DNA of 64,000 nt from Eledone cirrhosa (lineage: Eukaryota), in NCBI GenBank assembly GCA_964016885.1, contig OZ024740.1:394196001-394260000 (forward strand), read 5' to 3'. This document shows, one piece after another, positions 13,412 to 25,754 of this stretch; the first letter of the stretch is position 1, and every line of letters starts with the position of its first letter. Both the position numbers and the translations under genes were made by a program. Below the pieces are notes generated by a model. The model saw only the letters and a program-made list of their open reading frames with translations, was not told the origin of the DNA and made no database searches.

Positions 13412-13670
13412 CATGTCTATAGAATCACAAGATGAAATATATACTATTTCCTCTCCCAATTAGCATAATTAACTATATAAAAAATCGAATAGACCAGGCT
13501 ATACGAATGAGGCTTCTATGAAGGAATCTCCGACAAATAACCAAAACTAGCGCTTCGCGTCGGCCGTAGCGAATATTTATCGAATATTTCGACAGCGTAA
13601 TCGCCTAGATATAGTCAACTAAGCAGAATTAGGTTTAAAATAAACTAGGAGAAAATAGAATACATTTAAA

Positions 13671-13759
13671 TACCTCTACCATGGTTTCGTCCGTGTTTTG
13701 AGTTTTCCAATAATTATGTAATAATTATATAAACTCGAGCGCCGGATTCTTCAGGAAGC
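13671..13759 (-). ncRNA. Type I hammerhead ribozyme motif with extended stem II
   Basis: Minus strand: GCTTC-CTGAAGA-aTCCG..GAGTTT..AAACTC..CGGAc-GAA-ACCATGGT-A-GAGGT. Canonical core, palindromic stem III, GUA site, and an A-C mismatch at the base of stem II. Confidence 0.7.
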
Positions 13760-13886
13760 TCGCTCATATCTAGACATAAAATTTTCCAAAGCGATCGCGC
13801 CAAGAATTCATTTCAAAATGGCTAAAAATCGTGACGTAGTCGCGGTCAAGTTGGAAGGGGTGTGGTAGTTGCTTACGACTGATGGC

Positions 13887-13923
<37 letters not shown>

Positions 13924-14056
13924 CAGAGGGATATTTAAATTGTTGGTATTTCAACAAATATATATATTTATAACTGATTCGAATCACTCGACAAGTTTTC
14001 TGGAGTATAATATCAATGATATTAATAAATGGAAACTATATTTATAAAACCATATT

Positions 14057-14116
14057 TATTCTATTATATATATTTCAAGGATACCAAAACATTGGTACCC
14101 CTCATCAGATAAAATA
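14057..14116 (-). ncRNA. Type I hammerhead ribozyme motif
   Basis: Minus strand: TATTTTAT-CTGATGA-GGGGTACCAA-tgtt-TTGGTATCCT-t-GAA-ATATATAT-A-ATAGAATA. Stem I is 8 bp, stem II is 10 bp, stem III is palindromic. Confidence 0.75.
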
Positions 14117-17100
14117 CAAAGTTTGTTTTATAAATATTGACATACCCAGGAACGAAATCTAACGGTTCAAGTTTTACCTGTATAACAATATATATATATA
14201 TATTAAAATAACAGATTAGAGCTTAAGCAAATAATCGCTGCTTTCACCCTTAACGAGATCTTCTGATATATATTTATCCTTATCGTGCCCTCTTTGAATT
14301 TTAGTCTTTACATTTATTATTATTACTATATTATTATTACTCTCTATATATAAATATGCGCGTGTCTGTATGTGTGCTTGCGTCCGTGTATTCGACTGTG
14401 TATAAATAATTAGCTATATTATTTTCTGGATTTGAGAAGAATAAATATTGATTGTTTGAGTACGTTGTGTGTGTACATGTAAATGTGTAGATTTTATGCA
14501 AAAAAATATCCCCATGCCAAAGAACATCTATGAAGGGACCAACCAACTTCCTTTTAACAGGTTAATTCCCTATAGCACAATTTCTCTCCTGTAAAATGCA
14601 TAATGTCTCCCCATGTCAAGCATTGATTGACATATGTTATGCACCGGTGATTATGGGAGATAACTGTCATTGAATAGCTTTAAATACTTGCCACATGTAT
14701 ATATTATGTGCAAGAGTATGAATATATATATATATATGGGAGGGGGGTGTAATAATGTATATATATGTGTGTTTGTGTGTATGTGTGTGAGTGTGTCTGT
14801 GTGTATTATGTATATTCACTTATATTATCAGTACTGCCAACATAGAGTGGTTCACAATCAGGGTTTACATGAAGACATATACCATATTTTCCTGTACAAT
14901 AAACAAACAAGATAAGAATCCAGAAACACATTAGATAGTTGTGATGTAGTCACAGCTTCAAAAACATCATAACGAGACACTTGTATGTTTATAGCACATA
15001 AAAATATCGTGCGTGCTTTCACGTACACCCCTAAGGTATATACATAGACACACAATTAGACTCTAACGCACAAACTAGCGCTCATCGGTTTTATGTTTCT
15101 ATCATATTCCCGCTATTTTTGTTTTCTTGTTATTCTTTAGTCATGGATCAATCATGAACGTATTGAGCAATAGTAACATAAATGTATTAGGCTCCGTACA
15201 AGGTTATTTAATGCATTCTCCTATTTTTAAGACACTACAGTTTGATTTGCCTGTGCGTTGGTTGCTATTTTTAGCATGTCCATTGACGAAGTGTGAGTTT
15301 TCCTCGTTCCTTTGTATCGTTCGTTTTGTTTTTCCTAAAAATTTTCTATGTAAACCAGCAGTACTTTTAGCTACATTCGTACTTTGCTCTTCATTGACTG
15401 AAAGATGTAGACAGCAGAGGCCGTTTAACTATGCTTAGGCTTATTGTAAAGAAGTTTTTAACTTGAGTACACCTATTGTGTGTGAATTTGAGGGTTTGTT
15501 TCTCTTCCGAATAATGTAGTCTAGGTGTGAAGAAAATTAAGATGGAGTAATATGATAGTTGTGATGATGGTGATAATGATATTGTTGATGATGATTATGA
15601 AGAAGAAAAAGAAGGGAAAGGGAAGGGGATTAATGGAAGCATGGGCGTGGAAATAGAGGCGGGACATGGCAAGGTGGGTACTGTGAGGTGAATAGAGATG
15701 GGTGTGGGGGAAGTAGTAAAGCGCTTGATAACGCATTGAATTAGCTTGAGGAGACTATATCGCACAAGAAAGTTTGTAACAAAAGTAGTGGGTGGTGAAG
15801 AAGAAGAAGAAGAAGAAGAAGAAGAAGAAGAAGAAGAAGAAGAAGAAGAAGAAGCTAGACTACGATTACTTCTGCACTGCAATAGAGAACCTGAAACTAC
15901 CCAATATATTACTGTGTATAAACCAAACCTAATATATTACTGTGTAATGCCTTTATTATTTTCCACACTTTACTGAATGACGTAGATAAGTGAAGAGCAG
16001 CTTTCTGTCTTTTAGTATCAGAAGCCTTTAAGAGTAAAAGATACAGAAATCGCGCTTCAGACAAGAAGCGATAAAAAATATGTATATATACATATAGTAA
16101 TAAAGCTAACGTGTAAAATACATAAACATAATTATGGCGGAATCACATTACAAAACGGGGCAAAAAATTATAGCGTCGTCTGCTGGCTGCTGTATTCGTT
16201 GACTAGGTTCATATCGACAACTGGGATAAACAAGAGAAAAATACACAAGTTCATGTCTTTTAGTAGTTGAAAGCCTTTAAGAGTTATTGAGGAATCGCTT
16301 AAGTTATGATTAGCATTGCGGTAAAAATGTTTAGCTTAGTAGCAAAACTATAACTAGTAGATTGTGTGTATGCCTATATATATATATCTGTAAGTATGTA
16401 TCTGTGGATGTGTGTGTGTTGAGGTGTGTGTGGAGGTGTGTTTGCGTGCTTGTCTGTGCGCGCATGTGTGTGAAGAGAAACATAGCAGAGCAGAGCAGAG
16501 CAGAGCAGAGAGAGAGAGAGAGAGAGAGTCATGTTACAAAGTAGAAAAATGGTGTCTTCAATCGGCTGATATGTTTGTCGGCATTGCTAAGACAACTGAA
16601 ATAATAATTGGGTGTTTAATACTGAATAAGTTGTTCTACTTCCTGTGTATACATTAAAAGTGGCAAATGCACCAACTGAATAGAAATCTTTAATTGTGTA
16701 ACCAAAAAATTATTTAAAAAAAACAGCCAGAAATTTTATTATTATATTTTAGGAGTAGGGGACATTACTTTTACCTTACCTAATGCATGCCAAAAAAAAA
16801 AAAAACCTGTGTGAGTATAATTGGTACCTTTATGCCTAACTTGAAATGAACAATAGTTGTTTAGATTATCTATTTCATTATATTTCTGGGTTCACGTGTA
16901 CTTCGGAGTTAAAGTATATTTTCGATGTTTCTTTTCTTTTTATTTCTACTTTGATTTCCAAATAGCCTTGTCTATTGTATGGAGTATTATAGAGTCGATA
17001 ACTCGTATCCTTTTAGTGAGACTGACATTGTTATGGCCAATACATTTAAATCTCAAATAACACAACCTATTTTAATTTACATCTGAACCACGAGGTAGAA

Positions 17101-17217
17101 GAGTTCTAAACAGTGTTGGCAATTTCCTGAGTTAGATTGCAGCAGAGAATTCACTTTAAACACCTGCTAGAAATAGAAGTTAAGTCGTCTTCAAACGACA
17201 CGATTTTAGTTCATAAT

Positions 17218-17843
17218 AATTGTTTCTACGTTTGTCACAAGGCCAGCAATTGACCAATGCATTACTGGTACTTTATTTTATAGACCCCGTAAGGATGAAA
17301 GGCAAATTTAACCTCGGCGGGATTTGGACTCAGAATGGCAAGGGCCGTAACTATATGCGTCAAAGCATGGCGTCCGACCCTCTACCGATACTGCCAATCC
17401 AGTTTATAATAATGCTTTCTTATATAGGCACAAGGCTAGCAATTTTGAGGGAGGTGAAAGTCAAATAAATCGACCCGAGTGCGTGACTGGTACTTTATTT
17501 TATCAACCCCGTAAGGATGAAAGCTAAAGTTAACCTCGGCCGGGTTTGAACTCATATCATAAAGGGTCGTAACTCTATGCTGCAAAGCATGGTCTCCGAA
17601 CCTCTACCGATACTGCCAATCAGTTGTTTATAATAATGATTTCTAGTATAGGCACAAGGTCAGCAATTTGGGGGAGGGGAAAGTTGATTATATCGACCCC
17701 AGTACGTTACTGGTGCTTTATTTTATCGACCTCGTAAGGATTAAAGGCAAAGTTAACCTCGGCGGGATTTGAACTCAGACAGTAAAGGACCGTAACTCTA
17801 TGCTGCAAAGCATGGTCTCCGACCCTCTACCGATACTGCCAAT
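17218..17843 (-). mobile_element. Three tandem tRNA-derived SINEs (family A)
   Basis: Each unit reads TGGCAGTATCGG (A box), GAGTTCAAATCC (B box, with variants), the body GAGGTTAACTTTGCCTTTCATCC..GGTCGATAAAATAAAGTACCAG, and an ATT tail. Confidence 0.85.
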
Positions 17844-18720
17844 CAGTTGTTTATAATAATAAGAATACAATAGATTATTTAGTCCAATATAGAGTGTGTC
17901 TTAAAATAAAAAAAACAAACAAAAAAAAGCAATGCGATGGTCACAACAAGAAAGACTTCCGGCATAGGGTCTGCTCACTTAGGGCTAACATGAAACTATA
18001 CAAATCAAAAGGATTTAGAAGAACCCGACAACACTGGGCTGACGTTTCCTAATTACATAGTTTAATTTTCATTTGAAGCCATCATGATCCAACAACACCT
18101 CTACTATTCTTTTGCCCATTGAAGCAGCTGTTTAATAATTGTTTCTACTTTTGGCACAATGTCAGCATTTTTCTAATGAAGCTGTTTAATAATGAAGATG
18201 AACTCCCCGTTTGTTATACATATATTCATATCTAGTACATTCTGTTGTACTACTTTAATCATAAGCAATTAATCTTCAGTCTATTAACTTCAAAACATTT
18301 TAATATAAAATAAACAATGATACAAGCCCATTTGGATAGATAAATGAAAGGAACCAGCATCATGCATTGATTTACTATTAGCCCTCCTTCTATTGCGAGT
18401 AAGTGTTTTTAACAATATATGTAAAGCCACCTGGCGTATTGAAAACATTAACTTAGTCTTTCTTAACCATTTTTATCACAAACCTCTTAATAAATAAACT
18501 AGTAGCCTTAACAATTGGCGAAAGAATAAATGTGTAATTGTACAGGTAATAGTATAGAGTGTATAGATTGTTCATTAAGATGGCTCAAACCCGCTTATTC
18601 GTAGCTATTACTTCTTAAATAAGTTGAAAGAAAACTTTTAATTTCAAAATTGAATTAATAGATATTATTGCATATTAACCGAAGGCCCCAGTCTTCAGCA
18701 ATGTCACAAGATAGATAAAA

Positions 18721-18900
18721 TAATTGTTTCTACTTTTGACACAAGGCCATCAATTACCCAGTACATTACTGGTACTTTATTTTATCGACCCCGTAAGGAT
18801 GAAAGGCAAAGTTAACCTCGGCGGGATTTGAACTCAGACCGCAAAGGGACGTAACTATGCTGGAAAGCATGGCGTCCGACTCTCTACCGATACTGCCAAT
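18721..18900 (-). mobile_element. tRNA-derived SINE (family A)
   Basis: Same A box, B box and body as 17218-17843. Confidence 0.85.
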
Positions 18901-19075
18901 GGTTTCTTCATTGGTCACAAGGAACCAGATCATGAAATTAAATTAACAAAAGCAATGTCTTCTAGAAAAAGTACTACAAAACACGTTAGCATATATATAT
19001 ATAGGAAAAGGGTCAGAACCCCGACGGCAGAGCTCAAGCCGTTTCGACAGCTATTTCCTTACTACACTTCCTTTG

Positions 19076-19137
<62 letters not shown>

Positions 19138-19149
19138 TGAGAGTGAGAG

Positions 19150-19760
19150 AAAATGAGATCTCCTGGATATGCAACGGGTGCAGCGAAGGTAGCGACAGAC
19201 ATACCAGCACGGTGGAATTCCAAAACATTCTCACCGAAAACGGCTACCGTAGTTCTCTCACCAAAACACCGAAATGCCAAGACAGCAGCACATTAAAGAA
19301 TAAAATATGCTACCTTGAGCTGCCACATTCCAATGAGAAGACGACAGTTGCCATCAGACAAGCCATCCACAGGGCGGCGGTCTAAATATACGGCTGGCAT
19401 ACACAGGACCCTCATTGAACGGACTGCTCCAGCAAAACACATACAGCGATATATGCACATCAATAACGCAGAAATGTGCATGAGAGTATATGTGTTCCCT
19501 ACGGTAAAAAAATGTAGCTCCTCATATATCGGAAGTATCATGAGGAGGCTGCACATATGGATCAAGGAACACGTGACAATGAAAGCCTCTTCCATTAAAT
19601 AACACCTTGATAGATGCCGCAACCAAGATATTGAGGGCACCATAGAGGCGACCGAAAGAAATATTGGAAATTTCAGGATGAAGGAAGCCATTTTCATAAG
19701 GTGAGTGAAACCAGATATAAATAAGTTAGAAATGCCCGATGCAGAATGGTTTCTCGTAAT
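19150..19760 (+). pseudogene. Penelope-like element remnant (RT thumb plus GIY-YIG endonuclease), with a probable inverted pLTR piece at 19010-19075
   Basis: ILTENGY, YLELP and VYVF...CSSSYIGSIMRRLHIWIKEH (GIY-YIG pattern). Segment 19017-19065 is the reverse complement of 23125-23165. Confidence 0.75.
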
Positions 19761-21051
19761 CCCCTTGAAATCCCGATTCCCCCATAAGTATGATTTTCAG
19801 TTTACAGACTTCACTGTGCCAATATTTCTTAGGATAATCCATATTTCTTTCATCTTTCCTTCTTACGTTGACTTCTGATGGAATCGTGGTAGGGACATTG
19901 TGATGACATATAGGTTGAGCAGTTAAACCCAGCGGATCTCACCCTCTTTCCGGTCTGATCACTACTGATTTCTTCGTGAGAAGAAAGGAGTAAGAGAGGA
20001 GAACAATCGGCTCCAGTATTAGACTGGTACTTTATCGAATTAGAATGAAATTTCCTCAAGATTTGAACTCAGTGCGTAGAGAGACACAACAACTACCAAA
20101 TTATTTGGAACTTTAACGACTTGGCCAGCTTGATGGTATCCCGACACGGCTGTGATCCTCTGTTGATTTCGTCCCCCTTATAAAGGCATAATTGACATAA
20201 ATGACATAAATATCCCTTCTTTTTTTCTTCACTTTTAAAACAATGGTTTTTATGTGTGATGAGTGAAAAAAGCAAACTTTACTCACAATATAGCCAGCGA
20301 GATCGCCAAACTGAGTAGAAAGTAGTTAAAACTTCCATTGTAGTTCACTAAAAGTGGTATGACTATTAATAATGTATATATACTAAAGACATATTCGAAC
20401 GTGTGTACTCCTGCTCAGTAGAAAAAAATTTAGCCATGTGTCACATCAGAAGGCATCAATATTTCCCATAAACGTAATGTCTAACTTCCATCCATTTATG
20501 GTGATGCCATACGTTAATAAATTTCATACATAGAAGAGAAATACTGTTTACTGAGAGGATATCAATACAGAACAGACTGTTCCGTCGTTTTCTATATGAA
20601 TAGTGGCCAGTTAAATAGTGATGGAGCTAGTAGTTATTGAAGTTAGTTGATGGAGGAATACCATTAAATACATACTTATAGTGAATAATCGACTTCAGGA
20701 AAATTTCTTCACCATTTTTACACTTTTCATACTCGCAGTAAAAATCTCATAAACGGTAATATTTCGTTTTATACCAACGTTTATTTACCAACCTTCCAAC
20801 CTACACGCTAGCCGTCCGACAAGCCTATCTACTGCTCTACACATATACATACATACATACGTACATACAAACATATATACATACGTACGTACATGAATAC
20901 ATATATATATATAAGTACATACGTACATACATAAATACAAACATACTTTCATACATACATACATTCATATATACATATTTTACTATCTCGTCTTCTGTCT
21001 ATCTTGGACTATCCATTTATATATTTAAGATAAATCCGGAATCTGAGAAAC

Positions 21052-21112
<61 letters not shown>

Positions 21113-21140
21113 GGATATCTATCTATCTATCTATCTATCT

Positions 21141-22541
21141 GGCGGAGGTTACGAACAGGGTGTTTGCACTGACCCAGAAGTGGGCCAGTTGCAAACTATC
21201 CCTGAAAGGTCGGGCGGAGGTGGCGAACACCTACATAGCGTCCGTCATCTACTACCGCCTGACCGTAGTGCCCTGCCCAAGGGAAACCCTCACCAAGATG
21301 GAGCGCGCGCTCTTCCAATTCCTTTGGAAGAGGCGGGCTCCTATGGTGAGGAGATCCATCTGCTGTCAACACCCTTCGAAAGGAGGGCTGGGGATGCCGT
21401 GGCTAATGATGCGTAAACACGCATTAAGGCTACGGCACCTCTACGTATTCCTCACCGGACAGCCGGTGTGGGCCTCGTTTGTGAGACGAACCTTTCCCAG
21501 ACTCGTCTCACTCACCGAGCTGCAATCCTGGGTCAAGCAAAGACCGAGAAAACTGGGCGCCTGGCACACTGAGTGTGCCCAGGCGCTCACCGCCCTCTGG
21601 CAGGCGGATCCGGTTATCAGTGGAGACTCCACCGCAACATTCTATAGAGGGCTGGTACGCAGCAGGTGCGACGACGCCCTCGGAGAAGCCCTAGACATGG
21701 AGGAGGACGAACTGGCCAGCCTGTTCGGTAGGACATTCAGCCCGGGACCTATGGACAACTTCCAGAAGTCCCTGGCCTGGCAGTGCTACCGAGGGGCTTT
21801 ACCCGTTCGAGAAAGGCTCTACAGACACGGGCGCCCGGGTAGGGACCCCGCCAAAAAGATCTGTCCCAGATGCGTGTGCGACGAGGAAACCGTTGCACAC
21901 GCATTAGTACACTGCTCGGGCGTAGCCGATCTGTGGGGCTATGTCGAACAACTGCTGTCAAGGGTGGGACCGATCCGGTTGACCACCGAGTCTATTGTAA
22001 TGATCAAGCCGCCTCCCCCCTTCAAAGATGAAGCAGAGGCGGTGTTTCTGTGCGTAATAGCCATGGCGAAAGAGGTTGTATGGTGGACGCGTCTGAAAGG
22101 ACTGAGGTCGGGCACCTTTCTCTCTGGCCAACAACTGGTCCGTTTCTTCCGATATCATTTCGGAAGAAGGATCAGGATGGAGAGAGAGGTGCTGCACCCC
22201 AGCCGTTTCTATGAAAGATGGGTGAAAGTGGCGAGAATGGCCCGTGTGAATGGGCCTTCACTCTACATCAGACTATAGGTGAGGAAGATGAAAGACCAAG
22301 GGAGCACCCCTTCTCTGTGCTCCTGAGGAGAAGGGTTGCACACTTTTTTCGGGGGTGTGTGCGACCCCCCAAGGCGCCTCCTCTCTATTGAGGATTTTGT
22401 TAAAAATTTTATTTTTTGTTATATCTTATTTTATTTTTATATTTTGTTATTGCCTTCTCCTTATTGAGGACGCCTTTTTGTGTAAACTCCCCCCTTTGTA
22501 CTTGTCCCACTTTTGATGCCCTAGTGGCAAATAAAAGAAAT
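21141..22541 (+). mobile_element. Tx1/L1-clade LINE, 5'-truncated, inserted in (ATCT)n
   Basis: GC-rich block with an uninterrupted frame, a 3'UTR and AATAAA at about 22530. (ATCT)n lies directly on both sides. Confidence 0.92.
21160..22278 (+). CDS. C-terminal 372 aa of Tx1/L1-type ORF2 (post-RT region with zf-RVT CCHC motif); fragment with no true start
   Basis: LSLKGRAEVAN, FQFLW, KGGLGMP and CPRC..EETVAHALVHC motifs. The frame is open from the truncation point. Confidence 0.85.
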   Translation: MFALTQKWASCKLSLKGRAEVANTYIASVIYYRLTVVPCPRETLTKMERALFQFLWKRRAPMVRRSICCQHPSKGGLGMPWLMMRKHALRLRHLYVFLTGQPVWASFVRRTFPRLVSLTELQSWVKQRPRKLGAWHTECAQALTALWQADPVISGDSTATFYRGLVRSRCDDALGEALDMEEDELASLFGRTFSPGPMDNFQKSLAWQCYRGALPVRERLYRHGRPGRDPAKKICPRCVCDEETVAHALVHCSGVADLWGYVEQLLSRVGPIRLTTESIVMIKPPPPFKDEAEAVFLCVIAMAKEVVWWTRLKGLRSGTFLSGQQLVRFFRYHFGRRIRMEREVLHPSRFYERWVKVARMARVNGPSLYIRL

Positions 22542-22542
22542 A

Positions 22543-22583
<41 letters not shown>

Positions 22584-22895
22584 GTCTATCTATCTATCTA
22601 TCTATCTATTTCTATATTAATCTTTCTATCTATCTCTCTATTTGTCTGTCTACTACTCACACTCAATCCATCCTTCCGTAATATATTTCTCATATAGTTA
22701 ATAATCTATTATCTTGTCTATTTCTGTAACCTAACAAGACGTCTCTATCTTATCATTTTACTTACTTTATCAAATTATTATTGCTCCTACCTCATTCAGT
22801 TCTTTGTTGGTTTCTTTCAATTCCTCTCAGAATAATATAAATTATTCGTTAAACCCTCCCACATATCAACGCATAAAAATAAAAAAATATATATA

Positions 22896-22950
<55 letters not shown>

Positions 22951-23268
22951 ATATATATATATATACATCTCTCCATCTCTATTAACGTTTTACATAATGA
23001 CATTTGTGAAACTGGTAAAGCTGTTATTGTAAATAAACATTCTTAAAGACTCCAATACCATTTTCATTTTTTCCTTTATTTTTACCCGTGTGTGATAAAG
23101 AAAAAAAACTTACTATCTAATACAGAAATAGCTGTCGAAACGGCTTGAGCTCTGCCGTCGGGGTTAAACATTTTCCTACTACCCACTCTACTACCCTAAT
23201 TATTGAGTACTCTGGTGCGTTATGGTTCTTCTGGTTCCTTACCACACCTCCTTCGTTATATATATATA

Positions 23269-23333
<65 letters not shown>

Positions 23334-23480
23334 GCTTACACTGATAACAGATAACAGACACTTACAAATTTACCACACTTATTTTATTATTTTCACATTT
23401 CTCTCTTTACTTTTTTTTTCATTATCCTTACTTTCTATGCAATGTTTGATTTTTGTCTTTAAATGATATATATTCAGCCA

Positions 23481-23551
<71 letters not shown>

Positions 23552-24371
23552 TTACATCAATGTCTCTTTCCCATTTCACCACCTTTATTTACCCTTCACA
23601 CACTCTTATAGTTTATTTACCACTTTTGCAGTCTCTCCAAACCTTTTCCCTTTTTACTACCGACTTTTTATATGTCATTAGTTTTTACAGCACAACTAAA
23701 CATGAGTAAATATAGACACATAACTACACCCACAAATTACTCTTCCTCCTCATCTTCTCATAACCTTATTTCTCTCTCATTCTGTCCCATTTTTCCATCG
23801 TATTTTATGAATAACATTTTAAAAACATAGACAACTTATATCAAGTATTTTTTTTTATGATCAGGGATATTAATCAATAGTTCATACGTTCTATCGAGTT
23901 TGGAACATATGAACACATGAGACATGCATTGTTGATGGTTATGGAATATATGAAATGGCTGGCATTTCTACCAAACGAACCTGGATCTAAAATAAAGCAC
24001 CCACGATATAATATACAGGATTAAGATGTTTTAGATGCCTTAAGCATTGGAAAACGTATTATAACCCTATATACTTTATATGGAATAAACTCCACTATAC
24101 GATACTGGAAAAATACTCTATGGGAGTCCTTATAATTAAGGCTCTAATCAGGTGTATATTTTGTATAATGAATACCCAGGGGTGTCTCTACGCGTAAAAT
24201 GATTTATGACATTGACTTGTAGTTACAATAGTCTGTTGGTGGTGAGGAGGAAACTAATTAATTAAAATCGTGTACTCCAAAGGATGAAAAGTAGAATATT
24301 GCTGATGGTGATTAAAAATTGGAGTGTAAAGAGACTCAAATAAATATCGCAATGTATCTTAACCGACCCTC

Positions 24372-24485
<114 letters not shown>

Positions 24486-24594
24486 TACGTGTGCGTGTGT
24501 GTACACAAACACACTCAAATGCACATATGGATGCATACATACATATATGCATACATATACATATGTATGTATATAATATATATGTATGTATACA

Positions 24595-24684
<90 letters not shown>

Positions 24685-24687
<3 letters not shown>

Positions 24688-24785
24688 GGTCTCCTAAAAA
24701 TATATATACACATTTCAACAGCATTCTAATAAATATTGCCTGTATAGGTAATCAAAGTGTGCATTCATTCTTTGGGGACACCCTG
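24685..24785. mobile_element. Tc1/mariner-type MITE (~100 bp)
   Basis: Termini TA-CAGGGTCTCC... and ...GGGGACACCCTG-TA, with imperfect ~30-bp terminal inverted repeats, in a TA context. Confidence 0.7.
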
Positions 24786-24792
24786 TATATAT

Positions 24793-24854
<62 letters not shown>

Positions 24855-25099
24855 GCGTGGCTTATGATTTTGCTTTAGAACTACGTTATCTTAGGTTCAG
24901 TTCCGCTGCGCAATACTCTGATGAAAAGTGTCTTCCTCATGGCCTCAGTGAAACTTAGCTGAAGGAGCTTGCATTAAGAAGACCATTATAAAAAGACGAA
25001 AACATCAGCATAAGCTTAAACACATGCGTGCTCTACTACACTCTATCTTTTTATATACCTTCAAAACGCTCGTAGTAGAAATGGGACGCTAAATACAAA

Positions 25100-25219
25100 T
25101 AATTGTTTCTACTTTTGGCACAAGGCCAGCAATTACTCAGTACATTACTGGTACTTTATTTTATCGACCCCGTAAGGATGAAAGGCAAAGTTGACTTCGG
25201 CGGGATTTGAACTCAGAAT
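25100..25219 (-). mobile_element. 5'-truncated SINE (family A) with a long target-site duplication
   Basis: Flanked on both sides by GGACGCTAAATA(C/A)AAATAAT. Confidence 0.85.
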
Positions 25220-25436
25220 GGACGCTAAATAAAAATAATGGGTATCTGCTATACGGAATGCATTAGCGACAAAAACATTTGCATGGTAATTCGTCTCATC
25301 TTAGCAACAATGAAGACCTTATAACCACTGAAAAGAAAATCAAATTTAGATTGTACGGTCACAGATCAGGAGCAAAGACGTCTGAAGAAGGATTTGGCAA
25401 ATAACATCATTGACTGACTCAATAAAGACTCTACAA

Positions 25437-25754
25437 CAGAGGTGTGCAAGATATTCCATTGGTTGCCGCTTTTGAACATTGGAACAACTATTAGGGCCAT
25501 TAATATTTATTAAGCACTATTTCAAATATTCACCAAAAATTCTTTCCATAACATAGAACTGGGAAATTATAACATACATGACCCTATCAGTGAAGCCCTT
25601 TAGTATAGGTCAACTAACAGAAAATTGTATTACGGTTATGAAAAAAATTCTAAATAAGTCTACAAGGTAAAAATTAAAAACTGTCATCGCGGGCCACTCT
25701 GACTGGTCTGGCGGGCTGGATTGTGGTCCGCAGACCACCTGTTGCACACCCCTG
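25437..25754. mobile_element. Non-autonomous hAT (Charlie-like) DNA transposon
   Basis: Terminal inverted repeats CAGAGGTGTGCAA / TTGCACACCCCTG. The 8-bp flanks CTCTACAA / ATCTACAA match at 7 of 8 positions. Confidence 0.8.
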
